Of a stretch of 64,000 nucleotides of DNA, positions 11,896 through 25,400 are shown piece after piece (the first letter of the stretch is position 1; every line of letters starts with the position of its first letter). The notes beneath the pieces were generated by a model. The model had not been told where the DNA came from. It did not search any database and saw only the letters and a list, made by a program, of their open reading frames with translations. Source of the stretch: Macrostomum lignano (Eukaryota). Where the stretch lies: the NCBI GenBank assembly GCA_002269645.1, contig NIVC01003177.1, positions 50,002 through 114,001 of the forward strand, written 5' to 3'. The position numbers and the translations under genes were made by a program.

Positions 11896-14800
11896 TCATT
11901 CTAGCGTCAGGACGGGCTCCGGCTCCGGAACGGCTGTTTGCTTTGGAGCGGCGCCGGTGTTCGTTGTTTGACCGTTGCCAGCCAATCGATTGCGACATCG
12001 GCCGAACAGGCTACGCAGCTCGCGTCGGAAATTCTCGTTCAGCAGGCCGTACAGCAGCGGGTGAGCGCAGGCGGCAACGTGCACTGACAGCAGGCAGAGA
12101 CCCTGGGCTGCCGTCGTTGACAGAAGGGACTCGTCCGATACATCCGACTGGGGATCGTTGGCCAGTAGAGGGTCGGACACCTGTGACCGGGGTTATTAAC
12201 GGAGTTAATTAATTAGTTAACTACCTGTGAAATTTCAAGCTTGTGTGAAGCTTTTGGCATTTGAAAGTGAACAAAGTTTTTAGTTTTAGATGATATAAAA
12301 CTAGAGGCAACAAACAAAGGAATGAACACTTTGAACATACTACATGAAGGCTTTGACCTTGTACAGTCACTATTATTATTTTTCCAAGTAAAAATTTTGC
12401 TTAAACCAAAAAAGCATTCGCCCTAGAAGTCAGCTATCTAACCTAAGCTATCAGCACCCCTATGAGTTTCGGTTCAAAGCACCTGAGCAACCCCCCATGA
12501 GCCTTGACATCTCAGCAATTCGCCTAATAAGCGAACGATCGGTAGCGAGCAGTTGCATGCGCGCCCATTATCTCCTGGTTTCTATACAACTAAATCAACA
12601 TTAAATGCGACTTTGAGAACATCTTTTAAGATCCGCAAAGCTAGTTGAAGAACCAGCAAGCTTCCGAGCAGCTCCAGACACAGGTTAGACCCCATCGGGG
12701 CTGCCACCGGTGCTGGACTGTCAGGCGTGGGGTGGAAGGTTCGCTGGCTACGGACACGAACGCTGGAATTACGGGTCAGCTGGGAGTGATCCTAGTGGAC
12801 CTGGTGGCAGGCTCGCCTACATGCCCTCAACCCACTCGCGTCTTGACGTGACGGCGCCTGTCCGGTGGCGGGCGGGACAATGACAGGTGGCTGTGCCATG
12901 TTGCAGCCAGACTGTTCCCGTAGGTCCAATGACCAGGTGACCCAGCTGGGCAGTCAATAACAACAACAACAAAAATGCTACTTCAGACACATTGATATCA
13001 GACTAATATTTCAGTCCAAGCTAACAAAAATCCAGCTAGCATTAACAAACCTGTTTGCCTTCGTTCAGTCGCCAGAGCCGCACGTCCTGCGTCAGATTAA
13101 ATATGGACAGCGGCAGCCAAGCCAACCCAAACAGCGTCGCCACGCCCGCTAGCAAAGCGTTCGCTCGCCGCTGTCGCCGTTTCTCCTGGCGCCGCCTCAG
13201 AGGTCCGAGCACGGCCAGACGGCGGGCCAGACGGGCGCGAATCAGAGCGGCGGTGAACAGCAGAGCCGCCAGCGGCAGGGCGTACTGAACGCACAGACAG
13301 GCGCCGCTGTAGGCCACTTTGAGCTCGCGAATCAGACTTCCAGAGGTTGCTTCACCGCAGGCTAGGCCAGATGTACCAGCGCCCTGGTCAAGCCGCAACA
13401 GGTCCCTGGTGAGTTCGCCAAATAGCAGTGCGGGACTGGCGGCTGCCAGAGCGGCCAGCCAGATTGCCGCGATGGCAATGCGACTGCCGCGAGCGGCCGG
13501 GCCGAAGGCTGATACGGGCCGAAGCACCGCCTGGAAAATGAAGTGCATCGCGAGACAATTACATGTAGAATTAGTCGCTTCGCAGTTTAGCAGTACTTTC
13601 AAGACACTCGATAAAACTGCATTGTAACACGATTCAGCCAAAATCTGTCAAGAGAAGAAGATCGCGCTGCTATGCACACAGCTGCCATTACATGTAACTG
13701 TTAGCTGGGGTATTTGATTTTATGATGTTATGACAGTCTGCACTGCTTCAGTAAAAAGAATTGAATTGGACAGACTTTGAGCTTGATTCAAGCTGACAAT
13801 ATTTTTGCAAAATTTCGATCGCATTGCATAGCCGTGTCATCGGATTTCATTACTCAAATTTCATCAATCTAGCAAAGTAGATAGCAGATTCATAGCAGAA
13901 GCTTATTTTGATGAAAATGGGATTCATTCTAAATGGCATGTTTTCTAGTGGCTTTGACACTGCCGAGTTTTGAGAGAAATGGCCCAGACACATAGCTCTA
14001 TTCTTTCTAGATTTTCGACGGTTTTACCTGTAGCACCGATAGTAATTCAAGGAAGCTTGCACCATCTGTTTAGTCCAATTTCGTGCACACCCATGTAAAA
14101 ATTAGTTATGCACTTACAGAATAGTAAATCGAAGGCAGCATAAGAGCGAATCGATGACACAGCCCTTGATGACGTCATCGATAACGCCGCAACACCTTGG
14201 TCGTGTTAACACCGTATTTGAACTGTTCAAAATTATTCCGACTAATCTGGACTAGAAAGCAACAAAATGAATTATTATCATTAAATATTAAAGAGCTGCG
14301 ATCATGACAAAGTCGTCCCACGGGATGTCCGGGCCCGGGATTAATGCGCTTCTTTAGATAGTTTGCCAGAACCAGATTAAGAGCCAGATTTTCACAATAA
14401 ATAGTTCCTCTGCTACTTTGATTCAGTACTAAATTGATACCCGAATAAAAACGTGAGCTTTCAATGCATGCACTGCATCGAAATCCAAGTTATGGTCGTG
14501 AATAGCTTTCAGAGAACACTTCTATTCAAGCTATACGCTACTGTACAAAGTGCCGCAAAAGTAGGGATTTAATCGAATAGTTTAGGAACTCGATGTAGTC
14601 TGGGTCAATAATTTGTGCTGCCAGTCAGCTACGCTCGTTATCATTCGTGCATAGCTAATAGCTTTCAATAAACTTTTGGTTTTCGATTCCTCGAATCTTT
14701 TCATCCCCTTGTAGTGTTACTCAACATCACGTTGCGACACATTGTGCGTCATCGCGTCCTAATTAGCATACTTATCAATTGCACTTACCCGGCACCTGTC

Positions 14801-15361
14801 GATAGCAATAGCTGTAATCGTGAAGGTTGACACGAACAAATTCACTCCGGGCAAAGCGTTGACCACTTTGCATAAAACCAGGCCAGATGTCCAGCTGTGA
14901 TGCGGAAAAAACAGTCGACGAATATTGCAAGGCTGTGTAAGAACGCACAGCAGAAAATCGGATGCGGCCAAATTAGTCACGAGCCAGTCTGTCGCGCTCA
15001 GAGCAGTGAAAGGTGACTGACGAAGTTCGCTTTTCAGACGTCTTCGACGCAGAAAAGCGACCAGAAGCAGCAGAGCGTTGCCAAGAGCGCCAAAAATAAC
15101 TAAGCACCCGAGCACCACCAGTAGAGGTCGGAGACTGTGCAACTCTCTGAGTAGATCTCCGGCCGTCTCTGCCATTAGACTGCGAATTTCATTGGCTTCA
15201 GCCGTGTGGTTTAGACACTGGTAGAGCCGCAGCAGCCGTGTGGGGTCCATGCCATCTTCACCGACTCGCGAATCCGGTGTCCCGAGAATGCGGAAGCACG
15301 ATGTCTTGTTCATATTCAACGCTTGCATGGCTTTCATGCTGAAAATCGACGACATGATCAT
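11896..15361 (-). CDS. Rhodopsin-class neuropeptide GPCR, NPY/NPF/PrRP-receptor-like (~445 aa; exons 15361-14789, 13530-13051, 12180-11896)
   Basis: TM1 GALGN, TM2 NLAASD, TM3 LCK...VSTFTITAIAIDRC, TM4 IW, ECL2 Cys, TM6 FGLAWLP, TM7/H8 HPLLYGLLNENFRREL. Both introns are GT-AG and phase 0, giving one open frame. The exact start Met is uncertain. Confidence 0.9.
12655..12972 (+). mobile_element. Possible 3' fragment of a non-LTR retroelement in GPCR intron 2
   Basis: GC-rich island in an AT-rich intron ending in a (CAA)n tail. No recognisable protein motif. Confidence 0.3.
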
Positions 15362-18199
15362 AATGCCTAGATATGCAGCTTGAGTCTTTGTAAATACGAC
15401 TCGTGTATTCTTCTCATCCGTAAGTTACAATGATGGAATCAAACAGAGTGTTACTATAGCAATTGCAGGAGGATTGTGGGCACATCTATAGTCTTACAAC
15501 CAACCTCTGATGGCAATTCTGCCCATTCACAGTCCCTGTGCCTTGGAGGTTGGCCCACATTTCATGGGTATGACTCGCACGACAATCTCCCGACCGATTT
15601 TTTGTACAAAACCCCCAAAATGAATGACCTTACACTGAAATTGTCCAGATGAAACTGAATAATGAAAGTCGTATCTATTGATGTAATTTTGAGATAACAA
15701 AATCTAACCATGTCTGAGTTCACGGAGGACTTCTTAAATAAGATGATGAGTGCGCATCTCTGCATCCTATAGTAGAGCTGCATTAGCACTTGGGTGCTTT
15801 GCTATGGCCATGCAACCTTTTGCAGCAGAACCAATCACTGATTTCTCCCTATCTGCCGATGATTTCCCAGCTCAATAGCCAGCTCATCATTCACCTTGTC
15901 GAATAATAGACTGAAGAATTTCGATTAAGAAATGCAAAAATCTCAGGAAAACTATAACTTTCCGTGATTCAATCAAAATAGAAAGCATGATGGCTGCACA
16001 TCACCTGATCAAAAGAGTTCATATATGAGCGTTTGCTCGTTAAGTTAAAATTTGCAATCATTATTTTTGAAACAGACGCCCCGAGTGACTTAATACCAAC
16101 GGATCCATATATTTATTAATACTAGAGCTGCAAAACTAACTCAGTCTTGCGAAGGTGTTCATGAGTAATTACTCGCTCGATCAGAGGTCCTTTAAGTCAT
16201 GAACTTCCTTTAATCACAATGCATCAATAGTTTTAGAACCGCGCCCTTTGGGTCCTAATTGCAGGAAGGAGGAATCTAAGAAGTCGAGTTTTAATGTATA
16301 CTTTTGCCGTACATAGCGTCATGACTCTTGAGTGTTACTTGCGGGGATGCAAAAATTGAGACTTGCTAATTGAAACTGGGGAATTTCCTTGATGTCTTGT
16401 CAGTTTGATTCACTTCTGCTAAAATTAACAAACTATTTGAAATTAAAAGAGATTGGTAATTTTCCATTTAGCTAATTATCATGTATAAAAAAATCATTCT
16501 AGCATCCAGTTCAAGGGCAGGGCGGATATTACTCTTAATTCTTTCCCACTTCTTTTTATCTCAATATTGAAATTAAATTGAGCCGATCGAAATCTTGATT
16601 TGATGAGAATTATTTAATAAATCTCCGGGAAAGGAAATCAATAGGCAGACCAGCATGTTGTATGCTCGTACAGTCCTCAAGGAGCTGCAAAAGCTTATTC
16701 TTTGAATTCGGATATTGTAATAAATGATGGCTGCTCATTGCTGACTGACTGAAGTGTTACCTGCAACACTCTGAAACCACTCTGCAGCGATGCAGTAACA
16801 AAGACACTAATTTCAAAGCAAGCAAAACGCAAAATATTACGAGAAAAAATTATTCAAAATCAAAAGACGATAATATAGGGCAAAAGTTCACCATTATCTT
16901 ACTTGATTATGTATAGCAAAAAAAAGAAAATAAGATAATAGAGGCTAGATGACAATTTGAATCCAGTTCAATTTTCAGAAAATAGTTTTCATCGTATCGA
17001 CTTTTTAAAGTTATACTGATTTTCATACTTTAAATTTTGAAGATTGAATTAAATCAATTTTTCGAAATCTGCAATAAGACGATTTGAACTTTTGATCGAG
17101 CTTGTGAATCGTCCGCCCCCAAATTCCCTCCTTCCTCCAGTCAAAGCCGGGGGGGGGGTGGCTCGACAGGATTGGAGTGGAATATTCTATTGCATAAGGG
17201 CCCACGCATTCGAGAAATTTCCTCAGAAAAATATTTCCCATCCAATTCCACGTGTCGTTAAACGTGTCGGAAAATTCCACTTTCCGAAGCATTGCATTTA
17301 AACATTAAATGCAGCTACCCGTATTTTTCGTTTTCTCCGTAAATGTCCTTGGTCCGTATATGAACTGAATTAAAGTTCGTTGAGACCTTACACAATAGAG
17401 TGCTAGACTAAAAGTTAGTTACAAAAGAGACAACTTTATAAAAAACTTCTTTAAACAGGAATGTCTCTCAATCATTCTTTTTCATTATGTTTGAATAGTA
17501 CAGAAAAAAGCAGCAGCTACTTAATAAATTTTTTGATTTCATTAATTCAAAATTCGATTCATCTAAATTACCAGTTTTGACGCTGAGAAGCCAATGATTA
17601 AGGGAGAGATGCTGAGATGCCATTGATCAACGTGAAGGTGCTGAGCTGCAAACGCTGGAAAAAGAATAAGCTATAAGATGCTGGTCAAGAAATAATCGCC
17701 AAGATTTCAAGGCTCACGAGAGGATTTGCTGAGATTCAAGTGTTCAAAGGAGAATTCTGAGACGCAAAGACTCGAAGGGGAATACATATCGTTTTTTAAG
17801 CGTAAAGAGTTTGATAATAGGGCTACTCGATCTTCTGCTTTAAACATCCTCATCTCTCATGTACACGGCTTTTACATGCCGAGTTTTCTGAAAATGTGTT
17901 TTCCTTCCTTTGCTCTTTGCGGTAAAACTGGATACGGTAACATCTGACTCGACGAAATTCGATATAGAATTTCAGGATAATATCTATAGAAAATCAGCTT
18001 ACCCTATAGAAAGAGTTTTAAAACTTAGGGTCAACGAGTTCGGGAATGGATTTAATTGGAAAAACTTCCAATGCATTTTATTGCTAAGAAATTCCTTAAA
18101 TTCATTTTTTAGTTCGTGTTTATACCAACTGGGAAAGGCGAATTTTGTAGTTACCATCGATATAAGCTTTTGGCTCTAATAAATATTTTTGTTTGAAAT

Positions 18200-20690
18200 A
18201 AAAACCAGACTGTTCATCCGGGTTGACCTCATTAAAACGAGTAGTTCTCATGACACTCAATTTAGTCATAAATAAATGACGAAGAAAAGAAGCAATACAT
18301 AAGCAATATTTCAGATTGAATTTTAATCAGATATTAAATAAACCAATCCAATCTCTCAATACTGGTACGGCTATGATGAAATCTTTCAGGAGAATCTATG
18401 TTACGAGATTGTGATGAGGACGCACTTTTTCCCAAATCCCGCGCTAGCACATAGGCTCTAAACTTACTTGCCTACTAACAGTGAGCAGTGGGCATTTTTA
18501 TCCTTTTTCTGCGAATTTTCATAGAATCTATACTAGATATAATGTCTGGTCATACTAGTAGTCATAATAACATAGGCGCAGCTTTTTGGGTCATAAATCA
18601 TCGCTTTCGAAGCTGATCTGACAGCCACCTGCGCCTCACTCAGTGTTGAAGCGGGCGCCAGATGGTCTGAGCGGATGCGGGCGGTAGCTTTTTTCTCATC
18701 ATTTTGACAGGCCATCAAGATTTATGAGGTCAGAGCCTATTGTTCGGATTCACTCAAGCGTGTGACAGCTTTGACAGCTATGCGTTTTACCCCTAAAAGT
18801 ACCTTGGGATTAGCGATTAGCGATTTCTCTTCATTATCTTCACTTTCTATTTAATAAGAGCTTTCTAATGTATATTTTTTCATTAATTTCTGTCAATCCT
18901 ACGCGAAAAGTCATAAATCATTTTGTTGCGATTTTGAGTGATTTATGGCCGCACCTGTCATCTTTTTACGACCCTGTGGGAACTGATAGGATCTCCCGGT
19001 CACGTGATTCTGGGTAGCAACAAGCTTAGCCAATCAGAAAATTCGGCGCTCATTTTAACAAAACGGCTCAGCCAATCAGAATCGACGTGTTCCGTTATAA
19101 CAAACTGCGGTCCAGTTGGCGGCTATTTAAACCGGAGTTTTTGCCCCGCTCGGACGCAAATTCTTCTTACTTTGGCTCGGGCCCAGCGCGCAACTTCTGG
19201 TTCCCGGAGCACGACCGTCGTTTCTTGATCCCCGGATTGCAACTTCCCCCATCATCATCAAGGACGAGTCCCCCGGTCGACAGCAGCGAACATCCAGTTA
19301 AGAGCATCACCTGCTAGCTAACAGCGAAGATTGTGACAGCATCATCCCGAGTCTACAGCTGCAGAGCATCGAGCCGATTCGGTCACTGTGGAATACCTGG
19401 TCTCCGGGTGTTGAGTTTCTGATTGGTTGGGTGAGAGGCTACCTAGACTTGCTTGATTGGGTGATCCCTTTTCTGTCCCCTGTTGCAGTAGCTGAATTAG
19501 GCGCACACTTTTGCTCATTTTGTTCAGTAGTGCTGTTGCTGAGGCAGGAATCATTCAATAATACTGCCAGTAGTTTAAGACTCCAATTCAATCTAAAGTG
19601 TGAAGTGAATTAAGGAGAAGGTTAAATCTAACAGTTATCTTTGTCGGCTTTATTTCTTTGTTCGCCGATGGCTCAGATGAGTAGCTAAGCTAGTAGGCGC
19701 CGGTCACAGTGGACCAATGGCAAGGCAGTTCTCAGTCGACCAATCTAACAAATCAGTGAGCAAAACTGCCAAGAGTGCAGAATCGGCGCCAGAGATGTAC
19801 TTTGTGCACTCTAGGGTAGCCAAGCGGCTCGGGTAAATGAATCATGCGGTCTCTGAAGTTCGAGTTAGCCTATCATCAGCGCTATGAGAGGCTAGTTGGC
19901 GCGTTGAAGGCTAAAAGTACATATCTTCGTATTTAGCAATGTAATAGTACATGTAGCTACCCCATAGACTCGCCACCGCAAGAATCCCCTGCACAAGTCC
20001 CCTCTGTACCTGCATGGCCAACGCGATCTAGTCCCAGCAGTGTCCCTTATCATCGGCTATGACTTCGAGATTGACAGCAAAAAGACACTAGTTGGCAGGT
20101 AAGTGCAAAGCCCCTTCTAGTCGGAAGCCCGATTTCGAGAGTCCCGGTGTGGTGAGCCAGGGCGCACGGGCTGGTGGCAGCAAGTTAGTTGATCTGTGGA
20201 TTAGCTAATTTCTACTTTCAAAATTCTCCCTGCTCGTCTCTCGCTGTCCCTCTCTTAGCTATAGGACCTAGACTGCTCGCCACACGATCAAGCTACCATG
20301 GGGCTGACCATCTGACAGGAGTGGGGGGCCAGGTCTCTAATTGATTTATTTCTGAGCCTGAGGCCCGAAGGCTTCCCTAACAAGGAGCCCGAAGGTCGAA
20401 ACCCATCAATAGGTTCGTTTTTATAAGGCATTCAGTGCTTAGTATTCGAACTTTAATTCCTAAAATATCTACTTAAAGTAATACGTTTTTAAGGAATTGT
20501 TTATTTGAAATCCAAATCAACTTTGACCTCCCTGAAACCTTATGAAAGGTAGAAATATTACAAGAAAATTTTTACACATAGGACATAGGAGCTATCGATA
20601 GTGAATCTCGTAGGTTTTTCACGTCAGTTCTACGTCTTTTACGTCTTTGGTTGCGTTCGAGCGATTTGGGGCGGGGGGGTAGTCTAGATA
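18200..20690. repeat. Gene-less relic of the 3' flank of the duplicated gene unit, split by a ~2 kb insertion (~18409-20430)
   Basis: 18220-18408 and 20430-20630 align in order with 21770-22200 (GGTTGACCTCATTAAAACGAGTAG...TTTCAGGAGAA...TTACGAG | ...AAAATATCTACTT...GAAAGGTAGAAAT...TTTTCACGTCAG). Confidence 0.75.
18409..20430 (+). mobile_element. Unclassified ~2 kb interspersed insertion, non-coding, with LTR/promoter-like part
   Basis: Interrupts the duplicated flank. Contains paired CCAATCAG boxes and TATTTAAA (~19030-19130) and a purine tract at ~20317-20328. No ORF with TE motifs seen. Confidence 0.4.
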
Positions 20691-22462
20691 ATCTTTTGAT
20701 ATATATTCGTACGCATCGGGGTACACGTCCACCGCTCGGTTGCCACGCTCCACGGAGTTGGTCGCAAACTTCGGGTGCGCCCGATGCTCCTCCCCGCTGG
20801 CGGTCTCCGGCCCAGGCCCGCACCGCGCTCATTAATTTTTGCCGCCTGGGTGCCTTTGCCTGTCAGCCGCCTTGCTCGTCTCGACGACTCGCCATTGTCT
20901 GATCTGAAATGAGACTGAGGCTTGCTGCTTTCTTTTAGCTGCAGCCTTTCTGTTTTATCACCTCTATTGGATTACTTTCCTCCAGTCCTTCTATTATTCG
21001 ATGCCACAGCCTCCTTTTTCGTTCTTTAAGCTTTCGGTGAAGTTTTTTTTGCGTCTAGTGTTCTCTTAGCTTTGGCTACGCCTCGCCGAACTTTATACTT
21101 CCTAACGACCTTTTCAACTGCCAAATATCTGAACCCTATAGGTGCCAATGATCGACCGGGAGAGGCTGTATCCGTCCACAATAGATTGACAGTAGAAATA
21201 CCAAGTCATTTTTCCGTCTGTGTTTTTTACGAAAGGGCAGATTTACTGTAAAGGGTCGATTCCCACTGACAATATGTTTTTGGGTGGAAACAAAATTCTT
21301 AAACACAAGCAAACACAAAGAAAATCGCCGTCAAGATTTCAACAATTTCGCTACCTGTTAAAAGGGCGTATATGTCATCAGGATGACGAATTAATGCTCG
21401 AGAGACTACTAGTCGAGGATGTCCATCAGTTAGGGCTTGTTCATTGTCGGGGCTCGATCAGAAAACTTAACGAAGTTTTCTCTCGTGATAATTCTATTGT
21501 CAGGTCAAAGGCATTTCCTTTGTATCAGAAAGTTTTTGCTTGCAAATAGCTGAAATTCCTTCCCTATTACGAGCAATTAGAACTTCGAGCTTCTACCAAT
21601 ATGGCACAGCTCGACGAGTGATGAAGTTAGCGATGCAAGCAGTAATCAGTAATCAGTCTGAAAAATCAATTGCTGAGTTGCTGAGTGGCAAAGCAGTCAT
21701 CGGTAAACGCGTCTGAATCTCGCGCCACGACCCCCTAGTTCGATTCCGTGCGCGCTGTTTATCTAGGTTGACCTCATTAAAACGAGTAGTGCTATGACAC
21801 TCTTAACAGTCTTCAATAAAAAATGAAGAAAAGAAACATAGTAGCAATATTTCAGATATATTTCTTCTTTTCTTTCAGATTGCATTTTGAATCAGATAAT
21901 AAATAAACCAATTTAATCTGCCGATGTCCTACCGTTATGATGAGACCTTTCAGGAGAAGCAATGTTACGAGCTAGGTTAATGTTTCAAAGAGCTTTCGAT
22001 TTTTATTTTCGAATTTTAATGCACATTTTTAAAATATCTACTTTAAGTAACAGCTATAAAATAATTTTTATTTAACATCCCAAAATCGGTTTTGACTTCT
22101 TTGAAACCCAACGAAAGGTAGAAATAGTATGAATTAACGTATTTGCAAACACAGGAGTTGTCGATATAGTCAATAATTGGTTTTTCACGTCAGTTAGGGT
22201 CGGATATGTGATATTTAAACAATTAAGGAGCAGATCGAGATGCGGTGCGTTCGCGCTATTAAGTATCAATACTAAAAGCAAAATTCAAAATAAATTTTGA
22301 CGCACCTTCGAGAAATATTTACTGCATAGTCATGTGATTATTTATCATCCACATACATTAGATATGCATACATTTAAGAGAGTCGAGTCGCTCGATTCTG
22401 GCACAAGTTGACAGCTAAGCGTGTTGATCCTCCGAAATTTGATCTGTTAAATCGCAGGTGGA

Positions 22463-25400
22463 TCACTGCTTGGCTTTTTCTTTCTGAAAATTCAAATAAA
22501 CAACTTGTGATTGATTTTTGCGTTACTATAAGCAAGAGATTCTGTTGATGTCGCTATGATGTGCCAGCGGCCCAGGCTCGATTCCAAATGCAGTCACATT
22601 AATTCGAGGCTAAATTGGAATCTCGGCTTGGCTCTACTCGTGAGACTAACGTCTTTGAGGGCACACCCCCAAGGCACAGTGAAGTGTACATGCCTTAACG
22701 ATAAATAAAGTTAGGGCCGCTGTACACTCCTGTGTGTGTGCCTGTCCGTATGACTGCGTACGTATCCGCGCGCTTGTGTGCCTGCTCAGGGGAGTCGGCG
22801 GAATGGGCAGTAATGCCTCTCGCTGTTTGTGTGACAATGCCACACACACAATGCACACAGCCCCTGCCTCTAAAAATATTTAACAGTTTAAGGTCAATTC
22901 GACTGGAAGCACCAATTGCGTCCAATCAATGTATATTCCTTGGGGCTCCCTGGGATAACGGGGATAAGAACAAGGATTTCGTATGAACTGAAGACTGCAG
23001 AATGGTTTTTACGGGAGTACGAGATTTGCTAGCAGGAAATCTGCTAGCCGAAGTTTGCTAGCCGAAATCTGCTAGCCGAAATCTGCTAGCCGAGGTTTGC
23101 CAGCCGAAGCTTGCTAGCAGGAATTTTGCTAGCGAGGATTTAGCTAGCCGAAATCTGCTAGCGGGAATTTGCTGACCGAACTTCTTGCAACCGGTGTCAA
23201 AAGATTGCTTGTTTTCTGGCAATAGTAATGCGTGGTTTTGGGTAAAAAATCCAGAAAAGTGGGTAAAAAATCCCAAATATTTTATAACTTAAAGCATCAG
23301 CATCATTTCAAGTGCTTGGAAAGTCAGTTTGTCATTGTGGGGAACAGAATACTCTCAAGTTGCAATCAGATAGCTCGTGGTTAGGACGGTAGTTGAATTG
23401 CTTACTAAACTGTCATGGCTAAACGTTAGCAGAGAAGGCTATAAAAAGTTATTCCAAAACACTGTAAATTTGCTATGTACATTGAGCCCTATCACCTGAT
23501 CCTTGGTCTGGGGGAGGGGAATGAGTTGGATGAGTCCGATGAGCGGCACAACAGAAAAAGCAGACAAACTTCACTTGCCTACAGTTTCTGTCCTGATTGA
23601 GGTACAAAGTTGAGACTTTATTTAGACAAAGAATGACTCAATGAAGAATTGTATCAAGTTTGAAGTCAATCGCTGTACGTGGAGCAAACTTATGGCAGCT
23701 GAAAGTTAGTTAATTTTAAACCCCTTTCGCATATCTGTCCAGTGGCCAGGAAGGAGAGAGAGGCGGAGGTTGGGGTGGCTGTCTCGCTGACGAAAGGCAG
23801 ACTAACTTTAAAAGTACACAGTGCCGTTCAGAATTTACTTCGAGACTCGAAACTTTACAGGATTGTGTCCAAATAGTTGAAAATTGATTGTGTCCAAGTT
23901 GAAGAGGATTGGTAAAAGTGGAGCGACGCTATAGAGGATTTAGTGAAATTCTTGCGAAACTGGACAAGCAAATTGTCTCTAGCTAATTACAACTTCCTGA
24001 GTTCGGCTAGCCCAATTGCTGCTTGCCGGTTTTGGTTGGATTCTCGCTAGCAAATCTCGGCTAGCAAAATCCTCGCTAGCAAAATTCCTGCTAGCAAGCT
24101 TCGGCTGGCAAACTTCGGCTAGCAGGTATCGGCTAGCAGATTTCGGCAAGCAAATTTCTCGCTAGCAAACTTCGACTAGCAGATTTCCTGCTAGCAAATT
24201 TCATAGACTTGGTTTTTACATCTCTTTCACTAACAATATAACCTCTTACCTCTTTAGAATTCCCAGACAGAGCGATAGCCAAGATCCCTGCGGCTGCAGT
24301 GGCAATTCCAACTCCAACTGCAGCTCCCAGGGCTCCTTTTTCCTGCCATGTCATTCCGTCCTCATCCGGGCTGGCCTTGGCTCGAATCCGATGCGTGCCG
24401 TTCCAGCAGTTGTCAGTGAACAGTCCATAGTCGCTGCCGCACGAGTCGAACAGGTCCTTCAGAGAGACGCCGGGATCGACCTTGCCAACCTGCCGGATCA
24501 GTTCCCAATCGCGAATGTCTCGTCGAATGATTTTAACGATTCGGCATTCGCCTTCGCGGTATCTGGCCCGATAGCTGATGTCGTCGTTCGGACCACCTGG
24601 AGCCGGAGGTGTTACAGCAATAAATTGTAACAATGAGCACCTAGAATTTGCCCTGGTAAGTGCCTCACTCGTATTACCAGCGTTCTATGCAGTTTTTTTG
24701 AAGGTCGAATCCCTACGAGATGACATTACAATTTTTTAATACCAAACTGTCAATATCTGATTGTCAAGGCTTCAGTTATACATCTACATACTTCTATATG
24801 CTTGTTGAGTTCATTTTTTAAACCTCTGGAAGTAGGAAAGGCGAAAGTTCAGTGTGCTCTCTAAATGCATTTTTGCAACAATGCACTGCATCGCTTAAAA
24901 ACTAATCATCAAAGAGCGTTAACGGTTCTCCATTTGTTGCGTTTTTTTCATACTACAGTAACAGTTTCCTCCATTTGAGTTGATGAACTTACAGAGCCCC
25001 TTTGAACCAAGCAAATGCAGAATTCGGCTGTCAAATTACTGTTCGTCGAACGTGGGGTTTACCACCAGATAATCCATATTAAACTTCTGATTATCTTTTA
25101 ACCTAAAGTTTGATCTAGGTAGTGCTCCATATTGATTAGTTAAATGAGTTACACTCTCATCGATGTATCAGGGCTACATTTTGTGAGACGGAAACACCAT
25201 ATACATAAAAATTAATATACAAGTTCATTATATGCTAGGTGTTTTGGGTCGCAAAATCCACCCGTACCGTAGATGTTAAGGATCAAGACCTAGGATTATA
25301 AAATTCAAAGTCTAAAAGGACTGTTACAGAATGAACCATTATTTTTTATTAGTTGATTTTACCTGCTTTTTGGCAACTCTGTGCAATTAGAATTGGTCAT

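Noticed and set aside
20358-20415. Functional hammerhead ribozyme
   Set aside because: The core would be CTAACAAG or CTGAGGC rather than CUGANGA, and stem I does not pair. Kept only as a decayed-motif finding.
20650-21560. Lys-rich and other protein-like fragments
   Set aside because: Interrupted by stops in every frame, with no recognisable motif or splice-consistent model.
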